64,000 nucleotides of DNA, taken from Epsilonproteobacteria bacterium UBA6211 (GTDB lineage Bacteria > Campylobacterota > Campylobacteria > Campylobacterales > Arcobacteraceae). The number at the start of each line of letters is the position of its first letter. The stretch's first letter is position 1. The stretch covers positions 17,623 to 81,622 of the forward strand of contig DISL01000037.1 in the NCBI GenBank assembly GCA_002421845.1, in the 5' to 3' direction. Under the pieces are notes generated by a model, which did no database searches, had not been told where the DNA came from, and saw only the letters and a list, made by a program, of their open reading frames with translations. Both the position numbers and the translations under genes were made by a program. Positions 38,660-49,813 of this stretch are shown one piece after another.

Positions 38660-40006
38660 ATGGTTAACAAAAAGCTTATAAACGAACTTTTAAACGAAAG
38701 TGCATGTTCATCAAATTCTACCAAAAAAACAAGTTGCAACCGCCCAAAACCAGGGGCTAGTAGCGGAGGGTGTGCGTTTGAGGGGGTTCAAATAGCACTT
38801 TTCCCATTTGCAGATGTGGTACATCTAGTTCATGGCCCAGCTACTTGTATAGGGGCTAGTTGGGAGACAAGAGCTACTAAGACTAGCTATGAAGGTGAGG
38901 ATAATACCCAAATGGGATATTGCACCACTATCAATATGAATGATGTAATATTCGGCGGTCATAAAAAGCTAGAAGAATCCATAAAATTTATCTACGAACA
39001 CAAAAAACCAAAAGCTATTTTTGTATATGAAACATGCGTAACTGCAATGATAGGCGATGATATGGATAGTGTTTGTTCACACGCTACCGTGGAGCTAGGC
39101 ATACCTGTGATAGTAGTACATTCTCCTGGGTTTGTGGGGAGCAAAAATCTAGGCTCAAGACTAGGCGGTGAAGCGGTACTTCATCAGCTAATAGGCACAA
39201 GAGAGCCAGAGAGCATCCATCCATACGGTATCAATTTAATAGGCGAATACAATGTGACTGGTGATATGTGGCAATATACCCATTTACTAGAAGAAATAGG
39301 AATAAAAATAGTATCTACCCTTGCAGGTGATGGAAGACTAGAAGATATACAAACAGCTCACACCGCCAAACTAAATGTCCTAGTCTGTGCTAAATCTCTT
39401 GTGACAATGGCACGGAAAATGGAAGAAAAATACAATATTCCTTATGTCTCTGTCTCATTTTACGGTAAAAGAGATACTACAAATGCCATCATGACTATAG
39501 TTGAGGCTTTGGGTGATGAGAATCTAAAAGCAAAAGCTATAGAGGTCACAAAACGAGAAGAAGCCAAACTAGAAGCCAAATTAGAGCCGTTTCGTGATAT
39601 TCTAAAAGACAAAAAAGCTATTCTCAACACTGGCGGAAATAAATCATGGTCTATAGCTTCCGCACTCCAAGATATAGGGCTTGAAGTGGTGGCTACAAGC
39701 ATAGCAAAAACTACTCTTGAAGACATAGAAATAGCAAAACAATATGTTCCTATACTTATGAAAAGCCCTGCCAACGAGCAATCCAAACTAATAGACGAAC
39801 ACAAAGTGGATATTCTCTTAGCAGGTGGAAGAAGTTTATATACGGCTATCAAGAAAAAAATATCATTTGTGGATGTAAACCAAGAGAAAAAGGTAAGTTA
39901 CGGAGCTTATGACGGACTGACAAATCTAGCTACAGATGTTGTAAATAGCCTACAAAATCGAGTTTTCAAAGTAGTTGCTACCAAAGCACCGTGGGAGTGT
40001 CTATAA
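38660..40006 (+). CDS. nifE: FeMo-co scaffold protein NifE
   Basis: GGCAFEG, TCVTAMIGDD, GSKNLG, NLIGEYN. Confidence 0.96.
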   Translation: MVNKKLINELLNESACSSNSTKKTSCNRPKPGASSGGCAFEGVQIALFPFADVVHLVHGPATCIGASWETRATKTSYEGEDNTQMGYCTTINMNDVIFGGHKKLEESIKFIYEHKKPKAIFVYETCVTAMIGDDMDSVCSHATVELGIPVIVVHSPGFVGSKNLGSRLGGEAVLHQLIGTREPESIHPYGINLIGEYNVTGDMWQYTHLLEEIGIKIVSTLAGDGRLEDIQTAHTAKLNVLVCAKSLVTMARKMEEKYNIPYVSVSFYGKRDTTNAIMTIVEALGDENLKAKAIEVTKREEAKLEAKLEPFRDILKDKKAILNTGGNKSWSIASALQDIGLEVVATSIAKTTLEDIEIAKQYVPILMKSPANEQSKLIDEHKVDILLAGGRSLYTAIKKKISFVDVNQEKKVSYGAYDGLTNLATDVVNSLQNRVFKVVATKAPWECL

Positions 40007-42049
40007 ATACTCCTTCGGTGTGGGTCTATGAAAACAATACCCTTGAAAATAAGCACATCCCAAGTCAATTAGTTTTTGGTATATCTCTTCATTTTCGATA
40101 CCCTCTGCAATAACATCAAATCCAAATTGTTTTGCTATAGAAAGAATCGATACGACGATAGTTTCATCATTTTTATCATCAAGAATATCGGCTACAAATG
40201 ATTTGTCTATTTTTAGTTCATCTATAGGTAGCTTTTTCAGATATGACAAAGAAGAATACCCTGTTCCAAAGTCATCAATAGATATTGTAACTCCAAGAGC
40301 CTTTAACTGATTGATTTTCAAAAGTGCATTTTGAGCATCTTTGAGTAGTAAGCTTTCGGTAATCTCAAGTCTAATTTTATCGGCTTGTATCGCGTAATGT
40401 GTTATAAGATGGTGAATGACATCATAAAAATCATCCCTTTCAAATTGTTTTAGGCTGATATTGACGGATATTCTCCACTTTGACTTTAGTTCGTCATTTT
40501 CCCAAGATTTAATAAGGGTAGCCACTTCATTGAGTAGATAGATACTAAATTTAACAATCAATCCGCTCTCTTCGGCAATAGGTATAAACTCCATAGGTGA
40601 TATTGCACCGAGTTCATCATCCGTCCATCTTGCAAGTGCTTCAACTCCGACTACGGTTTTGTTATAATCCACTTGTGTTTGATATTGTATTGTAACTTTT
40701 TTATTTTCTATCGCTTCTCTTAGTTTGGAGAGCAAAGTAGCTTTTCTCTCCAAAGAAGTTTGAAGATTTTGATTGAAAAAGCTGTAATTATCTCTGCCGT
40801 TATCTTTTGAATGATACATAGCACTATCAGCTCTTTTCATAAGCTCGTCTATAGATATAGCACTATTAAACAAAGCAATTCCGATACTCGCACTCAACAA
40901 AAATTCGCTATTATCTATATAAAAAGGGTGTTTTAACGTATGCAATATCTTATCTGCAATTATTGAAATATCATTGATAGCCAAAGAGTAATCACTAGTT
41001 TGCGTATCAATCAAAACAATAAATTCATCCCCTCCAAATCTAGCTACGGTGTCATATTGTCTTGTGATACTACTAAGCCTATTCGCACATTGTTGTAGTA
41101 TTTTGTCACCTATTATATGACCTCTCGTATCGTTGATAATCTTGAAGTGATCCAAGTCCACAAACATCAACGCAGAGTATTGTCCCGTTCTTTTTGTCTT
41201 GTATATAAGTTGCGTTACTCTATCTTCTAGTAGTGTTCTATTCGGCAAAGAAGTCAGTGAGTCGTAATAAGCTAATTGTGATATTTCCGCTTCTTTTAAT
41301 TTTATATCAGTAATATCCATCAATGCAGATACTCTAATGTTTTCATCACCTAGTTTTATATCCTTGCCTCTTAGCATAGCAGGGAATTTTGAGCCGTCTT
41401 TTCGTATCATAATAGCTTCATACGGTGATTGGTCTTGATTTTTTATTACCCTTTTTACGAGTTCTATAGATTCATCGGATATAAACTCAAAAGCACTTTT
41501 TCCTATCATTTCATCAGCCGTATATCCTAGAAGTTCAGGGGCAATTTGGTTGACTTTTATACACTTTTTGTCTGAATTGTATATTATTAATCCCTCTATG
41601 GTTGCATTTGATAAAGCTTCAAAAGTTTCTATTGTTTTAAGTTGTTGTTCTAAAACTTTATTTTCTAACTCTTTTTGATTGGTGACGTCAATGCCTATTT
41701 GTATTTTTATATAGCTATTGTTATCATTGTTTGGTACTATTCTTTCACTAAATAAATAGGTTTTATTGTTTATTGAATTTGTGTGTTCCCATTTGTATGT
41801 TGAATTTATATGATTTAGATAATTATTATTTGATAAAAGACAATCTTCACACGGTTTTGTTTTGTTTGATTGAAGTGCTTGGTAGCATACTTGACCTATA
41901 ATATCTCCAAATTCTTCTTTACATTTTTCATTTGCATAAAGAATAGTACTATTTTCCACATCTATTACATACACTACGGCATCTAGTTCATTTATAATAA
42001 AATCAAGCGATTTTCTAGATTCGATATTTATCAAGTTTTCTAAACGCAC
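40001..42049 (-). CDS. PAS-PAS-GGDEF-EAL protein
   Basis: RFGGDEF, VEALARW, IDDFGTGYSS. Confidence 0.94.
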   Translation of the reverse strand: MRLENLINIESRKSLDFIINELDAVVYVIDVENSTILYANEKCKEEFGDIIGQVCYQALQSNKTKPCEDCLLSNNNYLNHINSTYKWEHTNSINNKTYLFSERIVPNNDNNSYIKIQIGIDVTNQKELENKVLEQQLKTIETFEALSNATIEGLIIYNSDKKCIKVNQIAPELLGYTADEMIGKSAFEFISDESIELVKRVIKNQDQSPYEAIMIRKDGSKFPAMLRGKDIKLGDENIRVSALMDITDIKLKEAEISQLAYYDSLTSLPNRTLLEDRVTQLIYKTKRTGQYSALMFVDLDHFKIINDTRGHIIGDKILQQCANRLSSITRQYDTVARFGGDEFIVLIDTQTSDYSLAINDISIIADKILHTLKHPFYIDNSEFLLSASIGIALFNSAISIDELMKRADSAMYHSKDNGRDNYSFFNQNLQTSLERKATLLSKLREAIENKKVTIQYQTQVDYNKTVVGVEALARWTDDELGAISPMEFIPIAEESGLIVKFSIYLLNEVATLIKSWENDELKSKWRISVNISLKQFERDDFYDVIHHLITHYAIQADKIRLEITESLLLKDAQNALLKINQLKALGVTISIDDFGTGYSSLSYLKKLPIDELKIDKSFVADILDDKNDETIVVSILSIAKQFGFDVIAEGIENEEIYQKLIDLGCAYFQGYCFHRPTPKEYL

Positions 42050-42146
42050 GGTATGTAACCTTTAAAGTAAATTAAATATTATTCTTCATTATTGTAGCAT
42101 AAATGAAATTAAATGTTGGTTTTAAATAATAATAGTTATCAAGTTC

Positions 42147-44174
42147 TTAAGCTTTTAAATCATCATTTTTTGAAGCTACCGAGTGACTAAGAGACTGAGA
42201 AACTGGAATACTAGACTTTTTAACATCTGGAACTTTGACATGAGAATTGCCTTGATTTATAGGTTGAGCTTGGACACTATCTTTGCCTATAAATTGCTTT
42301 GCATCTGCATGAGCAACCACTAGTTTAGCTATTTGGTCTGTTAATACCGCCACATCATGAGTTTGTGACGCTACCATAGCATTTTGTTGTGTTTGTTGGT
42401 CTAATTGCGTTACAGCATCATTGATTTGTTCTATTCCTTGAAGTTGCTCTTTTGAAGCATGTTCTATATCTGAGATTAGATTAAGCGTATGGGATATATT
42501 TTGATTTAGTTCACTATAACCTTTTATCATATTTGTTGATATGGCTTTGCCTTCGTTTGCCTTTGAAGTGGCACGTTCTACTATATCTTTTATCTCTTTT
42601 GCAGCTTCGGCACTTCTTGAAGCAAGATTTCTTACCTCTTGTGCAACTACGGCAAACCCTTTTCCTGCTTCTCCTGCCGTTGCAGCTTCAACTGCAGCAT
42701 TTAAACTTAATATATTTGTTTGGAATGCTATTTGGTCTATTACGCTTATTGCTTCGTTTATAGCCGTTACTTGTGTATTTATTTCTTCCATAGCTATTGT
42801 TGTTTGGTTTGCTAGTTTTTCACCTTCATTGGCTGATTTAGTAACTCCACTTGCTAAGGTTGACATTTTGAGAATATTTTCCGTATTACTTCTTATGTTA
42901 CTTGTTATTTGTTCTAGTGCCGCAGCAGTTTCTTCCAAAGATGCAGCTGCTTCGTTTGAGCTTTGATTTAGTTTATCTACGTTTGTAAGTAATATATTGC
43001 TACTTTCATCAAGCGTCAAACCGTTTTGTTTATTATCTACAAGCATTTGGTTAATAGTGTCTTGTAGTTTATTCACATCTTGTACCAACGTATCAAAAAC
43101 ACCGTTTTTTTCTATATCGTTTATAACAAGTTTTTTTGTATAGTTATGGTGTGTGTATTCTTCCAAAACGGAATTAATTACAATAAATCTAGATTTTAAA
43201 TTATCCAAAGCATTATTAATAGTGGATTTTAATTGCATAAGTGCAGGATTTGAGCTATTAGCAACTATATGTTGTGAAAACCAACCGTTTGATACTCTAG
43301 TCATTACTGTTTGGGTATCTTTAAGAAATTTATCATCTTCTTCAATATTTCTTTGTGTAGCGGATATATTTTCATTGACGATATTTGCCATTTCTCCAAA
43401 CTCATCATTTGATTTGATTGTTATATGTGTAATATTTGATGTTTTTTTATTGATATAGTCAAAAAACTCTATAAGACCGTCTTTAAATAATGTAATAGAA
43501 CTAGTGATTCCTTTTGTTATTATTGAACCTGTTACTATACCTACTATTACCGATATTATAATTATAAATATAGTTATACTTACCAATAAATCAGCATTTG
43601 TCATGGCATTATGAATCATTTTATCCGTAGTATCCAAACTTAGTTTATTAAGTTCATCCATCTTAGAACCCATAGTATTTGAAATAGGTACCATTATAGC
43701 GACTGTTTGTCTATATTCTTCAAATAGTTCTTTTTGAGTTGTAGGATTTGTATTGTGGGCTAGTTTAGAGATGATTCCATCAAGTTTTACATAAACTTCT
43801 CTCCAAGCTTTGTATTCAATGTCTAATTTATCTGAGAGTTCTTTACCTTTTTTGCTTCTAGGTAAAGCTAAAAAACTATTCCAGTTTTGCTCAACAATTT
43901 CCCAGCTTTTTTTTCTTTGTGTGGCAATATCAGAAAAATATGAATTTGCGGAATAATTGTTTTCAAAAGCATAGACGTTGAGTGTTTGAGCTCTTATTAT
44001 CATTCTTTCTTTGTTTAGACTTGTAATATATACAAGGGCAGGAAGTCTTGATTCTCCTACCGTACTCATATCATTTGACCAAGATTTGCCGTTATATAGG
44101 GCAACTCCACCCGTGATTAATATGCTTAGTAGCAATGTACCGATTAAAAAAATTAATTTTTGTTTTATTGTCAT
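42147..44174 (-). CDS. Methyl-accepting chemotaxis protein (4HB sensor)
   Basis: [30 protein letters not shown]; two TM segments. Confidence 0.96.
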   Translation of the reverse strand: MTIKQKLIFLIGTLLLSILITGGVALYNGKSWSNDMSTVGESRLPALVYITSLNKERMIIRAQTLNVYAFENNYSANSYFSDIATQRKKSWEIVEQNWNSFLALPRSKKGKELSDKLDIEYKAWREVYVKLDGIISKLAHNTNPTTQKELFEEYRQTVAIMVPISNTMGSKMDELNKLSLDTTDKMIHNAMTNADLLVSITIFIIIISVIVGIVTGSIITKGITSSITLFKDGLIEFFDYINKKTSNITHITIKSNDEFGEMANIVNENISATQRNIEEDDKFLKDTQTVMTRVSNGWFSQHIVANSSNPALMQLKSTINNALDNLKSRFIVINSVLEEYTHHNYTKKLVINDIEKNGVFDTLVQDVNKLQDTINQMLVDNKQNGLTLDESSNILLTNVDKLNQSSNEAAASLEETAAALEQITSNIRSNTENILKMSTLASGVTKSANEGEKLANQTTIAMEEINTQVTAINEAISVIDQIAFQTNILSLNAAVEAATAGEAGKGFAVVAQEVRNLASRSAEAAKEIKDIVERATSKANEGKAISTNMIKGYSELNQNISHTLNLISDIEHASKEQLQGIEQINDAVTQLDQQTQQNAMVASQTHDVAVLTDQIAKLVVAHADAKQFIGKDSVQAQPINQGNSHVKVPDVKKSSIPVSQSLSHSVASKNDDLKA

Positions 44175-44195
44175 AATAGTAACTCCGGATTAACT

Positions 44196-44297
44196 TTAGA
44201 TTGAGTAAATAAAAGTGATAATAAGAAGGAATAACGTATAAAAAATCAAAATGTTCAAATATATAATTTTTAATTTAAGACATTTTAGCTCTTCCAT
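44196..44297 (-). CDS. 33-aa single-TM small protein upstream of the MCP
   Basis: AGGAGG RBS; MEELKCLKLKIIYLNILIFYTLFLLIITFIYSI. Confidence 0.5.
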   Translation of the reverse strand: MEELKCLKLKIIYLNILIFYTLFLLIITFIYSI

Positions 44298-44419
44298 GAC
44301 TTATATCCTCCTATATGCTGTGTTCGTTTGTTATAATAAGACAAGCTTATCAATAACGTATTTATGGGTTATAATTGATAAAAATATATATTTCTCAATA
44401 ATAATTCCTAATATAATAA

Positions 44420-44437
44420 TATAACCAATAGGTTATA
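44420..44437. promoter_or_regulatory. Palindromic operator candidate for the XRE gene
   Basis: TATAACC-AATA-GGTTATA; further GGTTATA half-sites nearby. Confidence 0.5.
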
Positions 44438-44496
44438 AAGATAAAGCGATTTTATCACTATTATTCTAAAGAAAAACTTAATCTATAGGTTATATT

Positions 44497-44748
44497 ATGA
44501 AAATATTTTCAGAAGTTTCAGACGAGTTTATAGAAGAATACTATAAACAAATATCAAAAAACGTAAAAAAAATCAGAACACAAAAACAAAAAACACAAGA
44601 AGAAGTTGCATTGGCAATGGGCTTTACCACGGCTACTTTCTATACCAATGCAGAAAGTTATAAAAGAGGAAAACACTTTAATTTGGAGCATCTTATAAAG
44701 ATATCTAAGATTTTAAATGTACCTTTGCATAAATTCTTTGAAATATAA
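44497..44748 (+). CDS. XRE-family HTH regulator
   Basis: NVKKIR..TQEEVA..HFNLEHLIKISKILNV. Confidence 0.85.
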   Translation: MKIFSEVSDEFIEEYYKQISKNVKKIRTQKQKTQEEVALAMGFTTATFYTNAESYKRGKHFNLEHLIKISKILNVPLHKFFEI

Positions 44749-44833
44749 ATATCAATAGTAAGATATAATAATATCTTGGCTAGAATTACTAATACGAAAG
44801 ATTTTGTATAAATTCTGCCAAGGTATAAGGTAT

Positions 44834-46678
44834 ATGAGTATATCAAAGATTATTGTAATAATATTTCTTAATATTAGTTGTTTATATTCAAATATTATAA
44901 AAATAGATAAGGATACTAGTCGTATCGATATTTTACCTTCGTCAAAAGTATATTTAGACAAAACAAAATCAAAAACCTTAGAAGATATAAAAAACCTAGA
45001 CGATTCGTTTGAGCCAAACGACAAGAAACTTTTGGGATATGGGTATTCCCCTGATTTTGACGTGTGGGTTAGATTTGATATACACAATCAAAGTGATAAA
45101 AAGCTAAAACAAATCATAGAATACCACAACCCTCTAACCACGCATATATCACTTTTTGATAGTGTGTCTTCCATAGCCCAAAACGAAGGACTTTTGAACA
45201 AACTGCAAAATAGAAGTACCCTGAATCCTATCTTTGAAGTAGAACTAGAACCGCAAGAGACAAAGACTTATTATCTCAAAGCTTCTTCATACGTTACCAC
45301 TTTGATAGTAAAATTAAATCTTTGGAATGAAAAAGAGTTTTATTCCCAAGAGATCAAACATCAACTTATATTAGCCCTATTTTTCGGTGCTATGGTGATA
45401 CTCGCTCTTTACAACCTTTTTATATATTTCGTAGTCAAAGATATAAGTTACCTATATTATGTACTATATATCGTTGGGATAGTGCTACATCACCTTATTT
45501 ATGTAGGTATGGCAAATGTATATTTAGTAAATCAACAATGGATGGGATATTTCGTAGATTATGCCGCTGTTTTTATAGCCTTGCCTGTTTTGGCTCTTGC
45601 AATGTTTTCAAAGACATTTTTGCATATAGTGCAATATCCAAGAGTAAATAAGATTTTAAATCTTTTGATTTTGGTTGTTTTTATTTCCGTTATAGTTTTT
45701 ATAAGTACCGATATGTTTGGTAAATATAGAAACTTACTTGTCATTTCGCTACTTGCATACCTGATATTTATCACAGTATATGCTACATATAAGAAAAACC
45801 AACAAGCCTATTTCATACTTTTTGGATGGAGTATTATCCTAGTATCCGGTATTTGTATGTATCTATCAAGTGCAGGGGTGTTTAATGTATATTTATATCT
45901 CCCTTATATAGTAGAAACGGGGCTTGTACTAGAGGCTTTGATATTTTCTATTGCTTTGGCAAATAAAATAAATACTCTCCAAAAAGAAAAAGTTGAAGCC
46001 GACAAAAAGCTGATTCTCCACCAACAAAGCGAAACGGCAAGACTTGAATCTATCGTGACACAAAAAACAGATGCTCTCAAAATAGCACTTGATGAAAAAG
46101 AACTGTTACTAAGAGAGCTAAATCATAGAGTAAAAAACAATATGCAAACAATAGTATCGCTTATGAGGCTCCAACTAGATAAAGTGAGTGATGAAAAAGT
46201 ACAAGATATTTTCGTAACTATTCAAAACAGAATAAACGCTATGAGTCAGCTGCATATACTTCTATATAATCAAGAAGATGTATCACATATAGATGCCTTT
46301 GAGTATTTTGATGTCATAGTAGAAGAGCTAAAAGAGAGCTATAACAGTGAAAAAATATCTATCAAATTTGATATAACTACAAAGCTAAAGACGGAAGAGG
46401 CTATTTATTGTGGGCTTATTTTAAATGAGCTTATAACAAATTCTTTAAAACATGCCTTTGCAGGGCAAAACGGTGAGATAAATATAAAACTTTTTCAAGA
46501 AAACGGAAAAATAAATCTGTATATTTCAGATAACGGAGTAGGGTTTAGCACCAAAAATACAATAGATTCTCTAGGGCTTACATTGGTTTCGACTTTGGTA
46601 ATAGAACAACTCAATGGAACTATAACAATCAATTCAAATAACGGTGTGGAGGTTGAGATACAATGGATAAGTCGTTAG
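44834..46678 (+). CDS. 7TM-DISM sensor histidine kinase (HisKA_2/HWE type)
   Basis: DISMED2-like ectodomain, 7 TM segments, ELNHRVKNNMQ, NELITNSLKHAF, DNGVG. Confidence 0.92.
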   Translation: MSISKIIVIIFLNISCLYSNIIKIDKDTSRIDILPSSKVYLDKTKSKTLEDIKNLDDSFEPNDKKLLGYGYSPDFDVWVRFDIHNQSDKKLKQIIEYHNPLTTHISLFDSVSSIAQNEGLLNKLQNRSTLNPIFEVELEPQETKTYYLKASSYVTTLIVKLNLWNEKEFYSQEIKHQLILALFFGAMVILALYNLFIYFVVKDISYLYYVLYIVGIVLHHLIYVGMANVYLVNQQWMGYFVDYAAVFIALPVLALAMFSKTFLHIVQYPRVNKILNLLILVVFISVIVFISTDMFGKYRNLLVISLLAYLIFITVYATYKKNQQAYFILFGWSIILVSGICMYLSSAGVFNVYLYLPYIVETGLVLEALIFSIALANKINTLQKEKVEADKKLILHQQSETARLESIVTQKTDALKIALDEKELLLRELNHRVKNNMQTIVSLMRLQLDKVSDEKVQDIFVTIQNRINAMSQLHILLYNQEDVSHIDAFEYFDVIVEELKESYNSEKISIKFDITTKLKTEEAIYCGLILNELITNSLKHAFAGQNGEINIKLFQENGKINLYISDNGVGFSTKNTIDSLGLTLVSTLVIEQLNGTITINSNNGVEVEIQWISR

Positions 46679-47361
46679 AAGAGACAAAGGTACTTATAGT
46701 AGAAGATGAAAGTATCGTTGCCCTTGATATAAAAAGTGCAGTTTTAAGGCTTGGATTTCAAGTAAGCGATACCGTGACCAATTATTTTGATGCTCTCACA
46801 TCCGTCAAAGAAAATGAACCTGATATTATTTTGATGGATATAAATCTCAAAAATAGCAAAGACGGTATAGAAACGGCTACGGATATAAAACGAATCAAAA
46901 ACATACCTATAGTATATCTTACCGCTTTTTGTGATGATGAAACTCTAAAAAGAGCCATCCAAACCAACCCTCACGCATATCTAATCAAACCGTTCAAGCG
47001 TGAAGAACTAAAATCAACCCTTTATCTAGTTTATTTCAAAATCAACCAAAGATATGCGGTAGTGATAGATAAAACACTATTGAATTTGGGTGAGAATTAT
47101 TATTATGATGAAAACCATAAAAATATTTACTATAAAGACCAAATAATAAAACTGAGCCAAAGTGAACAAGAACTTCTTTTTTTGATTGTAACCGCAAAAG
47201 GTAATGTAGTAACCTTTAAGGCTATAGAAGAGCATATTTGGCAAGGACAAACCATATCTCATAGTACACTTCGAACTCTTATTTATAGACTTAGAACCAA
47301 GCTAGAACATAAACTTATAGAAACTATACCGTTTATTGGATGTAGGCTAATAGTGCCTTAA
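46663..47361 (+). CDS. Response regulator with winged-helix output
   Basis: VEDE, LMDI, KPF; TLRTLIYRLRTKL..GCRL. Confidence 0.93.
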   Translation: MDKSLEETKVLIVEDESIVALDIKSAVLRLGFQVSDTVTNYFDALTSVKENEPDIILMDINLKNSKDGIETATDIKRIKNIPIVYLTAFCDDETLKRAIQTNPHAYLIKPFKREELKSTLYLVYFKINQRYAVVIDKTLLNLGENYYYDENHKNIYYKDQIIKLSQSEQELLFLIVTAKGNVVTFKAIEEHIWQGQTISHSTLRTLIYRLRTKLEHKLIETIPFIGCRLIVP

Positions 47362-47422
47362 TTTGTGAAAAACATCACAAATGTGCAAAAAAAATGCAAA
47401 ATTTCATAAAATCTTTATTTCT

Positions 47423-47455
47423 GTGACGCAAACTGTGACGCCTTTGTGATATAAT
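47423..47455 (+). promoter_or_regulatory. Direct-repeat activator box 1 plus extended -10
   Basis: GTGACGC-AAACT-GTGACGC-N5-TGATATAAT. Confidence 0.85.
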
Positions 47456-47497
47456 CCCTCAAAACACATCTTGTTTTATAAAATATAGAGGGTATAT

Positions 47498-47725
47498 ATG
47501 ACTAGTACACAACAAAAAAAGAGTGACTTCACGATAGTAGGTTATGATATTTTTGACGATAGGGTAACTTTGGAGTTTTCCGACGGTTCAAAATATTTAT
47601 ATACATATTCCAGTGCAGGTATTTCAAATATAGAAAAAATGAAATTATTTGCAAATCAAGTAAAGGAGCTGAACAATTTTGTAAATACAACCGTAAAGGA
47701 TTTATATCTATTAAAACTGGCATAA
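47498..47725 (+). CDS. Small KTSC-like hypothetical protein
   Basis: GYDI..VTLEFSDGSKYLYTY..IEKMK. Confidence 0.6.
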   Translation: MTSTQQKKSDFTIVGYDIFDDRVTLEFSDGSKYLYTYSSAGISNIEKMKLFANQVKELNNFVNTTVKDLYLLKLA

Positions 47726-47796
47726 AACAATAAAAATCTACGACAAACATACAAATTAACTAAAAAAACAATCATCTTTATATATTATTTATTTCT

Positions 47797-47815
47797 GTGA
47801 CGCAAACTGTGACAC
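47797..47815 (+). promoter_or_regulatory. Direct-repeat box 2
   Basis: GTGACGC-AAACT-GTGACAC. Confidence 0.85.
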
Positions 47816-47859
47816 GAATATGGAATATTTCCTTTTGATATTAACAAAAAGGAAAAACC

Positions 47860-48621
47860 ATGTTTTACGTAAACAAAAACAAATCATTAAATCTATTAGA
47901 AGATTTAATAAAACAAAATCTCAACAAAAAACTGGATGACTATATGTCTGAAAGTTTGAATCTCAAGTTTAAAGAGGCTTTGGAACTTTTTCACAAAAGG
48001 GTGTTTTTAGAACAAGTCGTAGAAGAGTGTACCGCTTTTAACAAAAAGCAAAATTGGGACGATACTCTGACTCATCTAACCCTTGCTACTACGGTAGAGG
48101 ATTTGATAGATGTTTTTAAACTAAGAAGTGAAGTCTATACAAGTATAGATTATCAAGATGAATTTCCAGATACCCTAGAAGGACTTAATTTTGATATATA
48201 CGATACCGTTTCAGCGGTGATTTGCTACAAAAACTCAGGTAAGATTACAGGTACTACAAGACTTATATTTGATTCACCCCATAAACTTCCCTCAGAAGAG
48301 AAATTTTCCTTTGATACGGTACGCAAACAATATCCAAAAATAGGTGAACTCTCACGTCTAATAGCAAAAAACAGCACCCAAGGACTCGGCATGGAGTTCA
48401 AAAATCTTATGAAAGGGGCTTATTGGTTTTTTATGCTAAACGATATAGATATTACTCTTCTTGGTATCAAAAAAGAGCATTATAAGCTTTATAGTAGGTT
48501 TGGAGGTAGTAAAATCATCGCCGAACTCGGCAACTACGGCAAACTTGACTTAGAAGCATTGATACTTACTTGGAATCCGTCGGAGGTATCTGATTTTTTC
48601 AAAAGAAGTTTTTTGAAATAA
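47860..48621 (+). CDS. N-acyl amino acid synthase (FeeM/LuxI-fold GNAT)-like protein
   Basis: FKLRSEVY..FDIYD..GTTRLIFDS..LPSE..GELSRL..H..LYSRFG. Confidence 0.75.
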   Translation: MFYVNKNKSLNLLEDLIKQNLNKKLDDYMSESLNLKFKEALELFHKRVFLEQVVEECTAFNKKQNWDDTLTHLTLATTVEDLIDVFKLRSEVYTSIDYQDEFPDTLEGLNFDIYDTVSAVICYKNSGKITGTTRLIFDSPHKLPSEEKFSFDTVRKQYPKIGELSRLIAKNSTQGLGMEFKNLMKGAYWFFMLNDIDITLLGIKKEHYKLYSRFGGSKIIAELGNYGKLDLEALILTWNPSEVSDFFKRSFLK

Positions 48622-48651
48622 ATTTCAAAACTTCATAAATTATTTATTTCA

Positions 48652-48684
48652 GTGACGCAAACTGTGACGCTGATTTGATATAAT
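48652..48684 (+). promoter_or_regulatory. Direct-repeat box 3 plus extended -10
   Basis: GTGACGC-AAACT-GTGACGC-N5-TGATATAAT. Confidence 0.85.
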
Positions 48685-48716
48685 GTTTGATAATTACGGT
48701 ATTTATTTAAGGAACA

Positions 48717-49682
48717 GTGATGAACGTATCAGCACATGGAGTAGTGTTTAACTCATATAACATAGATAAACAGACAAATGTCAATAAACAACAAAAAGAA
48801 AACCAATCCTTTCAAGAGTTGGTAGAAAAAAGTACAAAAGAAGACTATGTATATCTTTCTCAAAAAGATATACATTCTTCTGTGCAAACTATTTTCATAG
48901 ACCCAGTCAGTCAAAAACCAGCAATGGTTTCTCTCAAAGATGAGACTATCGCAAAGATTAGGGACTTTTTCGGTGAAAAAGATGTAGCTTCAAATCCAAA
49001 CGGTACAGTAAGCCTTGCAAATAAAGCACAAAATTTCGTCTCTAGTTGGTTTGCCGATATTGCATATAATAGAGGTTTTTTAGAAGCAGATAAAGACAAA
49101 AATGGATTCCTAGATAAGAATGAGTATAAAAATACATATAATGATTTAGCTGTGGAATTGCTTCATCCTGAAATCTTAGAAGATGGTACGATGAAACTTT
49201 TAGCAGCTAGTGCAAAAGTGGTAGCAAACTATATCCAAAGTAATGGACAACTATATGAAAGAGCAAGTTTTAATCCTACAACTGGAACATTTGAAGGGAC
49301 AGGAGAAATTTCTCAAAAAAACTATATAGTTTATAGAAACGGTGAAACGATAGATTCTTTAGATGATGAACTAAATTTCACATTATTGAGTGATAGTGAC
49401 TTCAACGGTGAATTGACGCTTCAAGAAGCTTTTAGTATCAATAATGACGGAAATATTGAAGAGATTATGGCAAAACACTTGAAAAACTTCGGTGTATCTA
49501 CAATCCCTTCCGATATAAAACTAGAAGATTTATCTTTTGATAGTTTGCTCCAATTTATGATAGAGTTGATTACAAAAGCACTAAAACAAGCTCAATCAGG
49601 TGAAGAAGCTGATTTTGGCGAGATAATGACAAAAGAAAAATTAGAAAATATAGCAATTTTTAAAGAAGTAGGTAAAATATAA
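48717..49682 (+). CDS. Hypothetical protein with two EF-hand-like loops
   Basis: DKDKNGFLDKNE and DSDFNGELTLQE. Confidence 0.7.
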   Translation: MMNVSAHGVVFNSYNIDKQTNVNKQQKENQSFQELVEKSTKEDYVYLSQKDIHSSVQTIFIDPVSQKPAMVSLKDETIAKIRDFFGEKDVASNPNGTVSLANKAQNFVSSWFADIAYNRGFLEADKDKNGFLDKNEYKNTYNDLAVELLHPEILEDGTMKLLAASAKVVANYIQSNGQLYERASFNPTTGTFEGTGEISQKNYIVYRNGETIDSLDDELNFTLLSDSDFNGELTLQEAFSINNDGNIEEIMAKHLKNFGVSTIPSDIKLEDLSFDSLLQFMIELITKALKQAQSGEEADFGEIMTKEKLENIAIFKEVGKI

Positions 49683-49739
49683 TGATAATTAATGGATTAA
49701 CACAATAATTTTTCAAAACTTTATAAATTATTCATTTCA

Positions 49740-49772
49740 GTGACGCAAACTGTGACGCTAATTTGATATAAT
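49740..49772 (+). promoter_or_regulatory. Direct-repeat box 4 plus extended -10
   Basis: GTGACGC-AAACT-GTGACGC-N5-TGATATAAT. Confidence 0.85.
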
Positions 49773-49813
49773 GTTTGAAAAGAGCTTTGAAATTTCATTA
49801 AAGGAGCCATCCC

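Noticed and set aside
47423..49778. Four GTGACGC repeats as a CRISPR array
   Set aside because: Spacing is 0.4-1.1 kb with whole genes between, the repeats sit at promoter positions, and there are no cas genes.
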